Source of the DNA: Candidatus Magasanikiibacteriota bacterium
GTDB taxonomy: Bacteria; Patescibacteriota; Patescibacteriia; Magasanikbacterales; UBA922
DNA length: 64,000 bases
Assembly: GCA_016207245.1 (NCBI GenBank)
Contig: JACQQA010000009.1
Coordinates: 9,165 to 73,164 of the forward strand
Direction of reading: 5' to 3'
The position numbers and the translations under genes are program-made. The notes under the pieces were generated by a model. It was not told the origin of the DNA, did no database searches, and saw nothing but the letters and a program-made list of their open reading frames with translations. Shown in pieces: positions 49,326 through 58,840 of the stretch (positions within the stretch are counted from its first letter, which is position 1; each line of letters opens with the position of its first letter).

Positions 49326-49579
49326 ACTGCTGCGTATCCTCGGGGGCGGTCGCCTCCGCTGTTCTTTCACACACCACGGGAGGGCTGAACAGACATGCTC
49401 TGACTTCGCCCTCCCAAACTCCCATAAAATCAAACCCGCCCCAAGCTTGCCGAAGGGCGTTTTTTATTTCGCCGACTTCCAACCATTCGTTGTTAATTGT
49501 TAGTTGCTCATTGCTAATTGTATTGTTAAGATGTAAAATTGTTTTAGTTAACAAGCAGGCTGTATGGTAATAATTCGTG

Positions 49580-50047
49580 TCCCCTCCCCTATGAGGGGAG
49601 GGTGAGGGTGGGGTTTTCAAAGCACAATTTTTAATTATGAAATTTGTTCCTTACTCAAACCAGAAAGAATACAAAAGTTTGCGAGTCGCTCTGAGAAAAA
49701 CACAGACGGATGCTGAAGAATTATTATGGGCATACTTGAGGAACAAGAGAGCAGGCTTTAAATTTCGCAGACAGCACGGGATTGGTAATTATATTGTTGA
49801 TTTTTATTGCCACCGCTCAAAAGTAATAATTGAGATAGACGGTTTTGTGCATGAAGATGACGGTGTGTTTGAAAAAGACAAAATTAGACAAGGTGAGCTT
49901 GAAAGATTGGGTTTTAAAGTTTTACGTTACACCAATAAGCAAGTTTATAAAAATTTAAGAGGTGTCTGGTATCACATAATTGAAGAGTGTAAACAGAGAT
50001 GTGGGCCATTAACCCCCTCCCGAACCTCCCCCTCATAGGGGGAGGGA
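49580..50047. mobile_element. DUF559 endonuclease cassette bounded by palindromic inverted repeats
   Basis: CCCTCCCCTATGAGGGGAGG at 49580-49614 and its inverted copy at 50012-50047. Confidence 0.65.
49637..50038 (+). CDS. DUF559 (Vsr-like) endonuclease
   Basis: TDAEELLW..LR, KFRRQH, IVDFYC, IEIDG..H. Confidence 0.9.
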   Translation: MKFVPYSNQKEYKSLRVALRKTQTDAEELLWAYLRNKRAGFKFRRQHGIGNYIVDFYCHRSKVIIEIDGFVHEDDGVFEKDKIRQGELERLGFKVLRYTNKQVYKNLRGVWYHIIEECKQRCGPLTPSRTSPS

Positions 50048-50061
50048 CTGTGTCCGACCGT

Positions 50062-52745
50062 ATGAATCAAAAAAAATTTGTCATTATTGACGGCAACGCC
50101 ATCATCCATCGCGCTTACCACGCCTTGCCGCCGATGACGGTCAAGGGCACGATGGTGAACGCGGTGTATGGCTTCACATCAATGCTGTTGAAAGTGATTA
50201 AAGATTTAAAACCGGATTATTTGGCCGTTAGTTTTGATGTGGCGGGCGGAACTTTTCGCGATAAAGTTTTTGACGGTTATAAAGCCAAGCGCGTGAAAGC
50301 GGACCAAGAATTATATGATCAAATTCCGCTCGTGCATAAAGTTGTTGAGGCATTTGGTTTGCCGATTTTGAAAAAAGAAGGTTTTGAAGCTGACGACGTC
50401 ATTGCCACTGTTGTGGCTAAAATTAAAAATGAAAAAATCAAAATGAAAAATGTTGTAGTGAGTGGCGATATGGACTTACTACAACTCGTTGACGATGACA
50501 CGAGCGTTTACGCGTTAAGAAAGGGCATGAGCGATATTGTGATGTATGACGCGGAAGAAGTCCAAAAGAAATATGGTTTTGGGCCGGAGCATATTGTTGA
50601 TTACAAGTCTTTGCGCGGGGATCCGTCGGATAATATTCCGGGCGTGCCGGGGATTGGGGAGAAGACGGCGACGGAGTTGATACAGAAAGTTGGAGGGATT
50701 TATGAGATTTACAAACAAATCCGAAATCCGAAATCAAAAATCTACTGAGCGAAAATATTATAAGAAAACTTACTGACGGGGAGGAGAGCGCGAGGATGAG
50801 CCAGAAGCTGGCAACGGTAGTGAACGATGTGCCGGGATTGAATTTTAAATTGGAAGACTGCGCGATGAAAGATTTTGACCGGCAGAGCGTGGTGGAGTTG
50901 TTGAGGAAGTTTGATTTTTTTTCGCTGATTAAACGCCTCCCCGGAGGCGACGATTCACTTCATCACACCACCACACCACCACACCATCACCGGAAACACG
51001 TGGATTTTGAGTTGGTTGAAACTGATGAGAATAATGTTAAAGAATTTGAAAAGGCATTATCAACAACAAACGTTTTTGCTTGTAAGGAAATTTTGAGCGG
51101 AACGGATATTTTGAACAGCGATTTGCTGGGTCTGGTTTTCGTCGTTGGAGATAAATCGTTTTACTTTAAAAATCCGCAACAATTTGTGGGGTCTGTGTTT
51201 CACCAAAAAGACAAGACATTGGTTGGTCATAATTTGAAACAATTAGTCAAGATACTTACACACTTACACACTTACACACTTACACACTTATTCGACACCA
51301 TGATCGCTTCCTATCTCCTCAACTCCAGCACTCGCGCCCATGACGCGAAAAGCGTGATTTTGCGCGAATTGGGGCAAGAGATCCATGGTAGCTCAGATCA
51401 AAGCAGCTTGTTCGGCGCTAATCCAAGACAGGTTGCCGAAGAATTAAAATTGATTTTGCAAGCGCATGAAACACAAAAGAAAAAATTGGCGGATTTGGAA
51501 GACTTCGGTTTGTTTGAAAAAGTTGAGATGAAATTGATACCGGTTTTAGCCGAGATGGAATTAAACGGTGTGGCAATTGATTCTGGTGTGCTAAAAAAAT
51601 TATCCAAAGATGTTGGCGAAGAAATAAATAAAATTGACAAACAAATTCAAAAAGAGGCGGGCGAGGAATTTAATGTCGCTTCGCCCACGCAGCTGCGCGA
51701 TATTTTATTTGATAAATTAAAATTGCCGAGCGAGGGAGTTAAAAAGGGCAAGACCGGATATTCCACGGCCGACGCGGAATTGGAAAAGTTGATTGACGCG
51801 CATCCGATTATCAGTCTGATTCGCGACTATCGCGAGCTGGCGAAGTTGCAAAACACTTATGTGGATGTTTTGCCAACGCTGGTAAATAAAAAAACCGGAC
51901 GCATCCACACAACTTTTAATCAGGCGGTAACAACAACCGGCCGGCTTTCCAGTTCGGAGCCGAATCTGCAAAATATTCCAATCAGAACAGACTTGGGCAA
52001 AGAAATTCGCAACGCGTTTATCGCCGAGGCCGGAAATAATTTAATCGCCGCGGATTATTCTCAAATTGAACTGCGCATTGTCGCTTCGCTGGCCAAAGAC
52101 CAGACAATGATTGACGTATTTAAGCGTGGTGAGGATATTCATCAAGCCACGGCCGCGGTTATAAATGATGTGCCGTTGGAAAAAGTAACGAAAGAAATGC
52201 GCTACGCGGCCAAAGCGGTAAATTTCGGCGTGCTATATGGCATGGGTTCTTATGGATTGGCGTGGCGGACAAAAATGCCGCAATGGCAGGCGAAAGATTT
52301 TATAAAAAAATATTTTGAAAAATTTTCCAGCGTGAAAAAATATATTGATCAGACTTTGGAATTCGCCAAAAAAGAGGGCTATGTGGAAACTTTGTTTGGC
52401 CGTCGGCGTTATATTCCGGAATTAAAATCCGACAATTTTCAACTGCGTTCGGCCGGCGAGCGGATGGCGATCAATATGCCGATTCAAGGCACAGCCGCGG
52501 ATTTGATGAAAATGGCGATGATTGCCGTTCATGACCAAATCCGAAATCCTAAATCCGAAATCCTAAATCACGACGATACAAAAATGATTTTGCAGGTGCA
52601 TGATGAGTTGGTATTAGAAGTTAAAAAGGGTTTGGAAAAAGAAGTGTCAAAATTAGTGAAAGACGCGATGGAGAATGTGGTGAAATTAAACGTGCCGGTG
52701 GAGGCGCATGTAAGTGTTGGGAAAAGGTGGGGAGAGTTGAAATAG
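50062..52745 (+). CDS. polA: DNA polymerase I, split by a frameshift at about 50720-50748
   Basis: 5'-3' exonuclease ORF (IDGNA, EADD, GDPSDNIPGVPGIGEKTA) followed by polymerase ORF (ADYSQIELR, QVHDE); the two frames overlap at an AAATCCG repeat. Confidence 0.93.
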
Positions 52746-52746
52746 T

Positions 52747-53775
52747 ATGCTTATTTTTCTCTATGGCACGGATACGTTCCGTAGCCGGCAACAATTAAAA
52801 AAAATGATTGCCAAATTCAGGCAAGACCGCGATCCTGGCGGATACAACGTGGCGGTTTTGGATTGTCAAAAAGAAGAAGGCGGGAAAATAATGGAACAGA
52901 TTTTGTCCGCGCCATTTTTGGCAGAAAAAAGAATGGTGGTTTTGGAAAATTTTTTGTCTGCCACAGGCCGCGGTGATTTACAAGAAGAGATTTTAAAAAG
53001 AATAACAAACAAGACATTGCCGGAATCAACAGTGCTTGTTTTTTATGAAAGCCCTTCGGCTCCTTCGACAAGCTCAGGACGAGTCGCTCAGGGCAAGCCC
53101 AAAACAAAAGTTGCTAAAGAATTGTTTGATATATTAAGTAAAGAAAAATTTAGCCAGCAATTTGATTTATTGATCGGGGTGAAGTTAATCAGCTGGATTT
53201 TACAAGAAGTAAAAGATCATGGCGGCAAGATTAATCAGCCGGCGGCACAATATCTGGCGCAAAATGTTGGTGGAGACATGTGGAGGTTGAGTTCATTGGT
53301 GAAACAGTTGATTGCCTTCAAACAATCGTCTTGTCATCCCCGTGAAAACGGGGATCCAGAAATCGCGCTGTCCGATGTCCAACTCTTTCTTGACGAAAAA
53401 GCAGATGACAGCATTTTCAACCTCGTTGATGCGGTTGTCGGCGGGCAAGCGAAAAAAGCCTTTGAAATGATTCGCGAACAATACAGAATCGGCGAGGACG
53501 CGCAGTTTGTTTTTGCCATGCTATTGAGGCAATTCAGAATTTTGCTGGAATTGCGGGATTTGTACGACCGTGAGGATAATTTATCGAGCGAACAGTTGGC
53601 GAAAAAATTAAACCTGCATCCATTTGTGGTAAAAAAATCTTTGGTATTCGTCAAAAAATATTCTTTGGCTAAATTAAAAACAGTTTATCAGCGGTTGTTG
53701 GATTTAGATGTAAAAACAAAGACCGGCCAAGGAGACCAGTCGTTATTGTTGGATGTTTTTGTGGGAACCGTTTAG
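52747..53775 (+). CDS. holA: DNA polymerase III delta subunit
   Basis: IFLYGTD, PFLAEKRMVVL, IFNLVDA, LHPFVVKK. Confidence 0.9.
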   Translation: MLIFLYGTDTFRSRQQLKKMIAKFRQDRDPGGYNVAVLDCQKEEGGKIMEQILSAPFLAEKRMVVLENFLSATGRGDLQEEILKRITNKTLPESTVLVFYESPSAPSTSSGRVAQGKPKTKVAKELFDILSKEKFSQQFDLLIGVKLISWILQEVKDHGGKINQPAAQYLAQNVGGDMWRLSSLVKQLIAFKQSSCHPRENGDPEIALSDVQLFLDEKADDSIFNLVDAVVGGQAKKAFEMIREQYRIGEDAQFVFAMLLRQFRILLELRDLYDREDNLSSEQLAKKLNLHPFVVKKSLVFVKKYSLAKLKTVYQRLLDLDVKTKTGQGDQSLLLDVFVGTV

Positions 53776-54329
53776 GACAACCTTCTGTCATTGGATAGTT
53801 CGGCGGCTGCTTCAGCGGCCTCTTTTTGTTTTTGATATTCAGGATCTTTTTCCGGGTCAAAACGAGTGGTTTGGCGCAGCTCATTGAAGTCTTTTATTAA
53901 TTCACCAGCTTCTTTAGCTAAAGCTAATGATTCGTTTTTTTCCGATGATAGCCGGTCATGAATATCATCCAGTTGGCGTTGAAAAAATTCTCGCAAATAA
54001 TCGGCGTATTCAAGGCATTCTTTCAGCTCGGGGATATTTTCAACAATTTTTAGGCAATCCACTTCCGAACCTTCCGGGAGTGTTTCCGCCGTCTTCCCAA
54101 ACTGTTCCGGCAGGTTTTTTTCAACCCAGCTTTTTAACAGCCAATTTTTAGCGCCACAGGTTCCATACGACTCGTCAAATTTTGGGAGCTGCCAATCTTT
54201 TGGCTGCAGCGATTCGGTATCATCATCATTTAAGCAGTCTCGCAAAAAAGAAATGGGGACGCCAACTCCGTTCGGCAAGTAATCTCCGCGGGTTATGTCA
54301 GTGAGAAAACTTTCTTTTAATTTTGACAT
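53772..54329 (-). CDS. Hypothetical protein
   Basis: 185-aa ORF, acidic, no recognised motif. Confidence 0.6.
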   Translation of the reverse strand: MSKLKESFLTDITRGDYLPNGVGVPISFLRDCLNDDDTESLQPKDWQLPKFDESYGTCGAKNWLLKSWVEKNLPEQFGKTAETLPEGSEVDCLKIVENIPELKECLEYADYLREFFQRQLDDIHDRLSSEKNESLALAKEAGELIKDFNELRQTTRFDPEKDPEYQKQKEAAEAAAELSNDRRLS

Positions 54330-54375
54330 ATAATATAAAATCCCAGCCTTAACCGGGATTTATTGTATACTATTT

Positions 54376-54642
54376 TTACTTTTTTGCAACCTTGTTGATC
54401 TGCGCCATAATGCGGGAGAGCCGCCGGCCGGCGGTATTTTTTTTGATGACCCCGCGTTTGGCCGCTTTGTCCAGCGCCTTTTGGGCGAGACGGAGTTTTT
54501 CTTTTAATTCCGTTTCTCCGGCAACCACCGCTTTTTTTACTGTTTTCACCGCGGTTTTGTATGTCTTGGCGGCAACAACATTGCCGATTGCTCTTTTTTT
54601 CGCTCGGCGCAAGGCTTTTTTGGCGTTTTTTAGATTTGGCAT
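54376..54642 (-). CDS. rpsT: 30S ribosomal protein S20
   Basis: MPNLKNAKKALR...LDKAAKRGVIKKNTAGRRLSR. Confidence 0.96.
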   Translation of the reverse strand: MPNLKNAKKALRRAKKRAIGNVVAAKTYKTAVKTVKKAVVAGETELKEKLRLAQKALDKAAKRGVIKKNTAGRRLSRIMAQINKVAKK

Positions 54643-54698
54643 AGTGTTTTAAGAGGAAATTAAGTGTGGGTAGAGTATATTATAGCGCAGAAGAAAAG

Positions 54699-55976
54699 TC
54701 AAGCCGCCGCACCCTTCATCCACTGTATAGCTTTTTTATTTTGCAAGGAGACAGCGATGGCCCCGCGTACTTCCGGAAGCTTCAACCGTTCCAGATACTC
54801 TTTATTATCTTTATACATTCTCTCCATTGTTTTTATTTCTTCGTCAATTTCTTCATTTTCAACTTTAATATTATTTTCCTTCGCGATTTGGCGGGAGACC
54901 AGCGCGGCTTTGGCGCGTTTTTCCGCCTGCGCGCGGAAGCCCTCAAACATTTCTTGCTCGGTTTTTTTGATATCTTCCAAATATTGCTCAATTGTAATGC
55001 CATGGTGTTCAAGATCAGTTTTTAATTCATAAAACATTTTTTGCCGTTCGGCGTTAAGCAAAACTTCCGGAATTTCGCCAAACTCTGATTGAGCGACCAC
55101 GGTGTCTAACAATTCAATCTCATATTTTTGCTCGGCGTGTTTTTCCGCTTCTTCGGTCAAATTTTTGCGGAGCAGTTCTTGAAGCTTGACAAAATTTTCC
55201 TGTCCAAGATTTTTAGCGAATTCATCATCGGCCGGCGGCAATTGTCTTTCAAAAACATCTTTAACTTTTACTTTAAAATTAACTTTTTTGCCGGCGAGAT
55301 TTTTTTGATAATGCGTTGGCGGAAAATCCAGCGCGAATTCTTTTTCATCGCCTTTTTGCAATCCGGCAACCTGCTGATTAAATCCTGGCACGTAGTGATC
55401 TTCGCCCAAATACACGCGATAATCTTTTGCTTGCCCGCCTTCAACCGGTATTTTGTCTAAAAACATTTCCAAGTCAATCAATAGCATGTCGTTGCCAATG
55501 GCCGCGCCGGTTTTTATTGCTTCTTTTGCCCGCATTTCGCGCAGACTGTCCAAAGTTTTTTCTATATCTTTGTCTTCAACCGGTTTGGTCTCTTTTTTAA
55601 TTTTTACTTTTTTAATATCAGCCAAACCAACTTTTGGCATCAGCGCCACAGTTGCTTTGAAAACAACATCATTGCCCGGAGCCATTTTTTCCACGCTGAT
55701 TTGCGGCATGCCGACAGTTTCCACGCCTTCGGATTTTATCGCTTCAAAAAAACCGCTCTGCATGATTGTTTCCAGCGCTTCCTGCATTATTTTCATCTCG
55801 CCGATTTCTTTTTTTATTATTTCATACGGCGCCTTGCCCGGGCGGAAGCCCTTGATCGCGGCTCGCTCCGATATTCTCTGCGCCGCCTTTTCCAAATGTT
55901 TTTGGTATTCAGCCGGCGGGACGGTAATGGTTAGTTCAATTTGCGATTTTTCCAGTTTTTTTGTAGTGTGGGACAT
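54699..55976 (-). CDS. tig: Trigger factor
   Basis: IKGFRPGKAP ribosome-binding motif; FKBP-like domain. Confidence 0.95.
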   Translation of the reverse strand: MSHTTKKLEKSQIELTITVPPAEYQKHLEKAAQRISERAAIKGFRPGKAPYEIIKKEIGEMKIMQEALETIMQSGFFEAIKSEGVETVGMPQISVEKMAPGNDVVFKATVALMPKVGLADIKKVKIKKETKPVEDKDIEKTLDSLREMRAKEAIKTGAAIGNDMLLIDLEMFLDKIPVEGGQAKDYRVYLGEDHYVPGFNQQVAGLQKGDEKEFALDFPPTHYQKNLAGKKVNFKVKVKDVFERQLPPADDEFAKNLGQENFVKLQELLRKNLTEEAEKHAEQKYEIELLDTVVAQSEFGEIPEVLLNAERQKMFYELKTDLEHHGITIEQYLEDIKKTEQEMFEGFRAQAEKRAKAALVSRQIAKENNIKVENEEIDEEIKTMERMYKDNKEYLERLKLPEVRGAIAVSLQNKKAIQWMKGAAA

Positions 55977-56041
55977 AAGATGGGTGATAAATAAAGTTGC
56001 TATATTATGGCAGAAAAAGTAGAGCAAGTCAAGTCCGCTGT

Positions 56042-56143
56042 CAGAATACAGAAGGCAGATAACAGAATGCACTTATGATTTGTGTTTGTTCTGCTCGCCA
56101 ATCATCCGCTCGTTGCATTTTGTTATCCGTATTCTGCATTCTG
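56042..56143. repeat. Heptamer inverted-repeat element
   Basis: Core is an inverted copy of the core in 58690-58833. Confidence 0.75.
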
Positions 56144-56180
56144 TGTCCGTTTGTGATATAATACCTCCAAACCACCGCAG

Positions 56181-57971
56181 ATGATTAGCAAAACAAAACA
56201 CAAAGGTTTCACTCTGGTCGAGATCGTCGTCGCGCTCGGCGTGTTTTTATTATTCGTGAGCGGGATTTATTCCGGCATTCAATTTGTTTTCAAATCGGTT
56301 TATTATTCTCGCCTGAAAATTTTGGAGACCGGAATTTTGAATGAACAATTGGAAATCATCCGCAATCTGCCGTTTGAAGACGTCGGCATTATCAACGGCA
56401 GTCCGTCTGGTGTTTTAGAAAGAACAGCCACAACAACCCGCAACAACATTGATTTTGAAATTACGCGCACAATCAGAAATATTGACGACCCGTTTGACGG
56501 CACTATCGGCGGCGCGCCGAACGATCTCGCGCCGGCGGACTATAAAATGGCTGAAGTGGAAATAATCTGTACAAATTGTAATCAGACAAAAAAAGTCAGC
56601 GAGGTTACTTATGTCTCGCCAAAACTTTTGGAAGGCGACCCGACTCACGGCGCGCTGTTTATTGAAGTGTTTGACGCTAACGGAGATCCGGTTTCCGGCG
56701 CCGATGTTCATGTGGTCGCGACTGAAACCGATCCGAGTATTGATTTGACCGACACCACGGACAATGACGGCATGTTAAAATTGGTTGATTTGGGCGCGGG
56801 CATCGGTGTTTATAATATTACCGTCTCTAAAGATGGATACACGACTGATCAGACAGTTATTCCAACCGAAGCAAACCCGAACCCAACAAAAGGTTCGGCA
56901 TCGGTTGAAGCGCAAAATGTTACCGAAATCAGTTTTTCCATTGATCATGTTTCACAGCTTGATTTGTCAACCATAAATAGCGCTTGCAACGCGGTCGGCA
57001 ATGTTGGTGTCCGCGTGATGGGAACAAAATTGCTTGGCACAGACCCGGATGTATTAAAAGTGGATGAGAATGTTTCTACTGACAGCGGCGGCAATTACAG
57101 TTTAGCTGATTTGGAATGGGATGCTTATGCTTTGCCGATTTTGTCCAGCTATGATTTGATTGGGTCAATTCCGATTTTGCCGATTAGTTTGCCGCCCGGA
57201 GTTACTCAGCCGGTTCAGCTTTTGGTTGGCGCCAACACCAACAATTCTTTATTAGTTAATGTTTCCGACAACATGACAAACCAGCCGATTTCCAACGCGA
57301 GCGTGCGCGTTTATGCCGGAAGCTACGACCAGACCAAGACAACCGGAATCGGTTTTACCCGGCAGACCGACTGGTCGGGAGGTTCCGGCCAGGAAAGTTT
57401 CGTCAATGAAACAAAATATTGGGATGACGACGGCAAAGTTAATGTGACCGGAAGCGCCGGCAGTATTACTTTAAAAAAAGTTGGGCAAGATTATTTATCA
57501 AGCGGAGAATTGGAATCTTCCACTTTTGATTTAGGTTCCGCGGTTAATTTTGTTAATTTAATTTGGGAACCGCTGGGTCAGCCCGCCGAGGCGGGCGCTG
57601 ATCCGGTTCGCTGGCAGATTGCTACGAGCAATCTCGCTAATCCTGCTTCTTGGGATTATCTGGGGCCGGACGGCACGACAGCGACGTATTATGACGCGGA
57701 CGATATCGCGATAAACAGCGCGCATAATGGCGATAGATATTTTCGTTATAAATTATTTTTAAGCACCGCGTCAGACGAGGTTACGCCGACAGTTTCCGAT
57801 TTGATGGTAACTTACACCAATGCCTGCACCCCGCCCGGCCAATCATATTTTGGCGGTTTATCAGAGACAGATTACACGGTTGAAATTACAAAAACCGGCT
57901 ATCAGATCAACACTCAGACTGTCAGCGTTTCCGGAGATATGGTATTTGGAGCGGAGATGGCGAGTGAATAA
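56181..57971 (+). CDS. Type IV prepilin-motif protein with carboxypeptidase-regulatory-like domains
   Basis: KGFTLVEIVV N-methylation motif. Confidence 0.85.
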   Translation: MISKTKHKGFTLVEIVVALGVFLLFVSGIYSGIQFVFKSVYYSRLKILETGILNEQLEIIRNLPFEDVGIINGSPSGVLERTATTTRNNIDFEITRTIRNIDDPFDGTIGGAPNDLAPADYKMAEVEIICTNCNQTKKVSEVTYVSPKLLEGDPTHGALFIEVFDANGDPVSGADVHVVATETDPSIDLTDTTDNDGMLKLVDLGAGIGVYNITVSKDGYTTDQTVIPTEANPNPTKGSASVEAQNVTEISFSIDHVSQLDLSTINSACNAVGNVGVRVMGTKLLGTDPDVLKVDENVSTDSGGNYSLADLEWDAYALPILSSYDLIGSIPILPISLPPGVTQPVQLLVGANTNNSLLVNVSDNMTNQPISNASVRVYAGSYDQTKTTGIGFTRQTDWSGGSGQESFVNETKYWDDDGKVNVTGSAGSITLKKVGQDYLSSGELESSTFDLGSAVNFVNLIWEPLGQPAEAGADPVRWQIATSNLANPASWDYLGPDGTTATYYDADDIAINSAHNGDRYFRYKLFLSTASDEVTPTVSDLMVTYTNACTPPGQSYFGGLSETDYTVEITKTGYQINTQTVSVSGDMVFGAEMASE

Positions 57972-57972
57972 A

Positions 57973-58057
57973 CATGCGAAATGCGAAAGATTGCGAAAAT
58001 GCGAACAACCGCTACAATTCGCTTTTCGCAATTTCGCAATCTTTCGCATTTCGCATG
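57973..58057. repeat. Long hairpin built from ~9-nt tandem units (TGCGAAA)
   Basis: CATGCGAAATGCGAAAGATTGCGAAA...TTTCGCAATCTTTCGCATTTCGCATG. Confidence 0.75.
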
Positions 58058-58066
58058 TATACTATT

Positions 58067-58687
58067 ATGTTTAAATTACAACTGCCAACAAAACATTACG
58101 GCTTTACCATCGTGGAGCTCTCCGTCGCTCTCGGTATTTCCGCCATGATTGCCGTAACCGTGGTTTGGCTTATTATTGACGGCTTGCGTTACAGCAATAT
58201 TATTTTTGATCAACTGCAAACGCAAAACGACGGCCGTCGGGTTTTACAACAGGTGGTTGATGTGGTGAGAAAGACGGAAGAATCCAGCATCGGCGGCTAT
58301 CCGCTGGTTTCTGCCGGAGAATATGAGCTGATAGTTTACGCCAATGTTGACAGCGACAGTTTGCGCGAGCGGGTCAGATTTTGGCTGGATGGAACCACGC
58401 TAAAAAAAGGCGTAATAAAACCCAGCGGCAGTCCGTTGAGCTATTCCGGCGCGGAACAAACGGTTGAAATAGCCCATGATGTTGTTAATTTTTCTGAAAA
58501 CAAGCCGTTGTTTTTATATTATGATGAAAATTACACCGGCACTGAAGAGGCGCTGGTTCAGCCGGTGGAAGAAGTTGGTGTGCGAATGGTGCGCGTGCGG
58601 CTGGAGTTGGAAGAAGATCCTGACAAGAGTCCGGTGCCGCTGGAAGTGGAAAGCGCGGCGATGATACGCAACCTGAAAGCGAATTGA
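58067..58687 (+). CDS. Minor pilin (PilW/PulJ-like)
   Basis: YGFTIVELSVAL motif; C-terminal IRN. Confidence 0.85.
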   Translation: MFKLQLPTKHYGFTIVELSVALGISAMIAVTVVWLIIDGLRYSNIIFDQLQTQNDGRRVLQQVVDVVRKTEESSIGGYPLVSAGEYELIVYANVDSDSLRERVRFWLDGTTLKKGVIKPSGSPLSYSGAEQTVEIAHDVVNFSENKPLFLYYDENYTGTEEALVQPVEEVGVRMVRVRLELEEDPDKSPVPLEVESAAMIRNLKAN

Positions 58688-58689
58688 CG

Positions 58690-58833
58690 AACAGAATGCA
58701 GCCACCAGATAACAGAATGCAACGAACGGGTGATTGGCGAGTAGAACAGACACCAATCGTAAATGTATTCTGTTATCTGTATTCTGGTAACTGTTCGTTG
58801 TAATTGCATTCTGTTATTTGTATTCTGCATTCT
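58690..58833. repeat. Heptamer inverted-repeat element (nested)
   Basis: ACAGAAT arms and ATTCTGT arms around a conserved core. Confidence 0.75.
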
Positions 58834-58840
58834 AAAAAAT

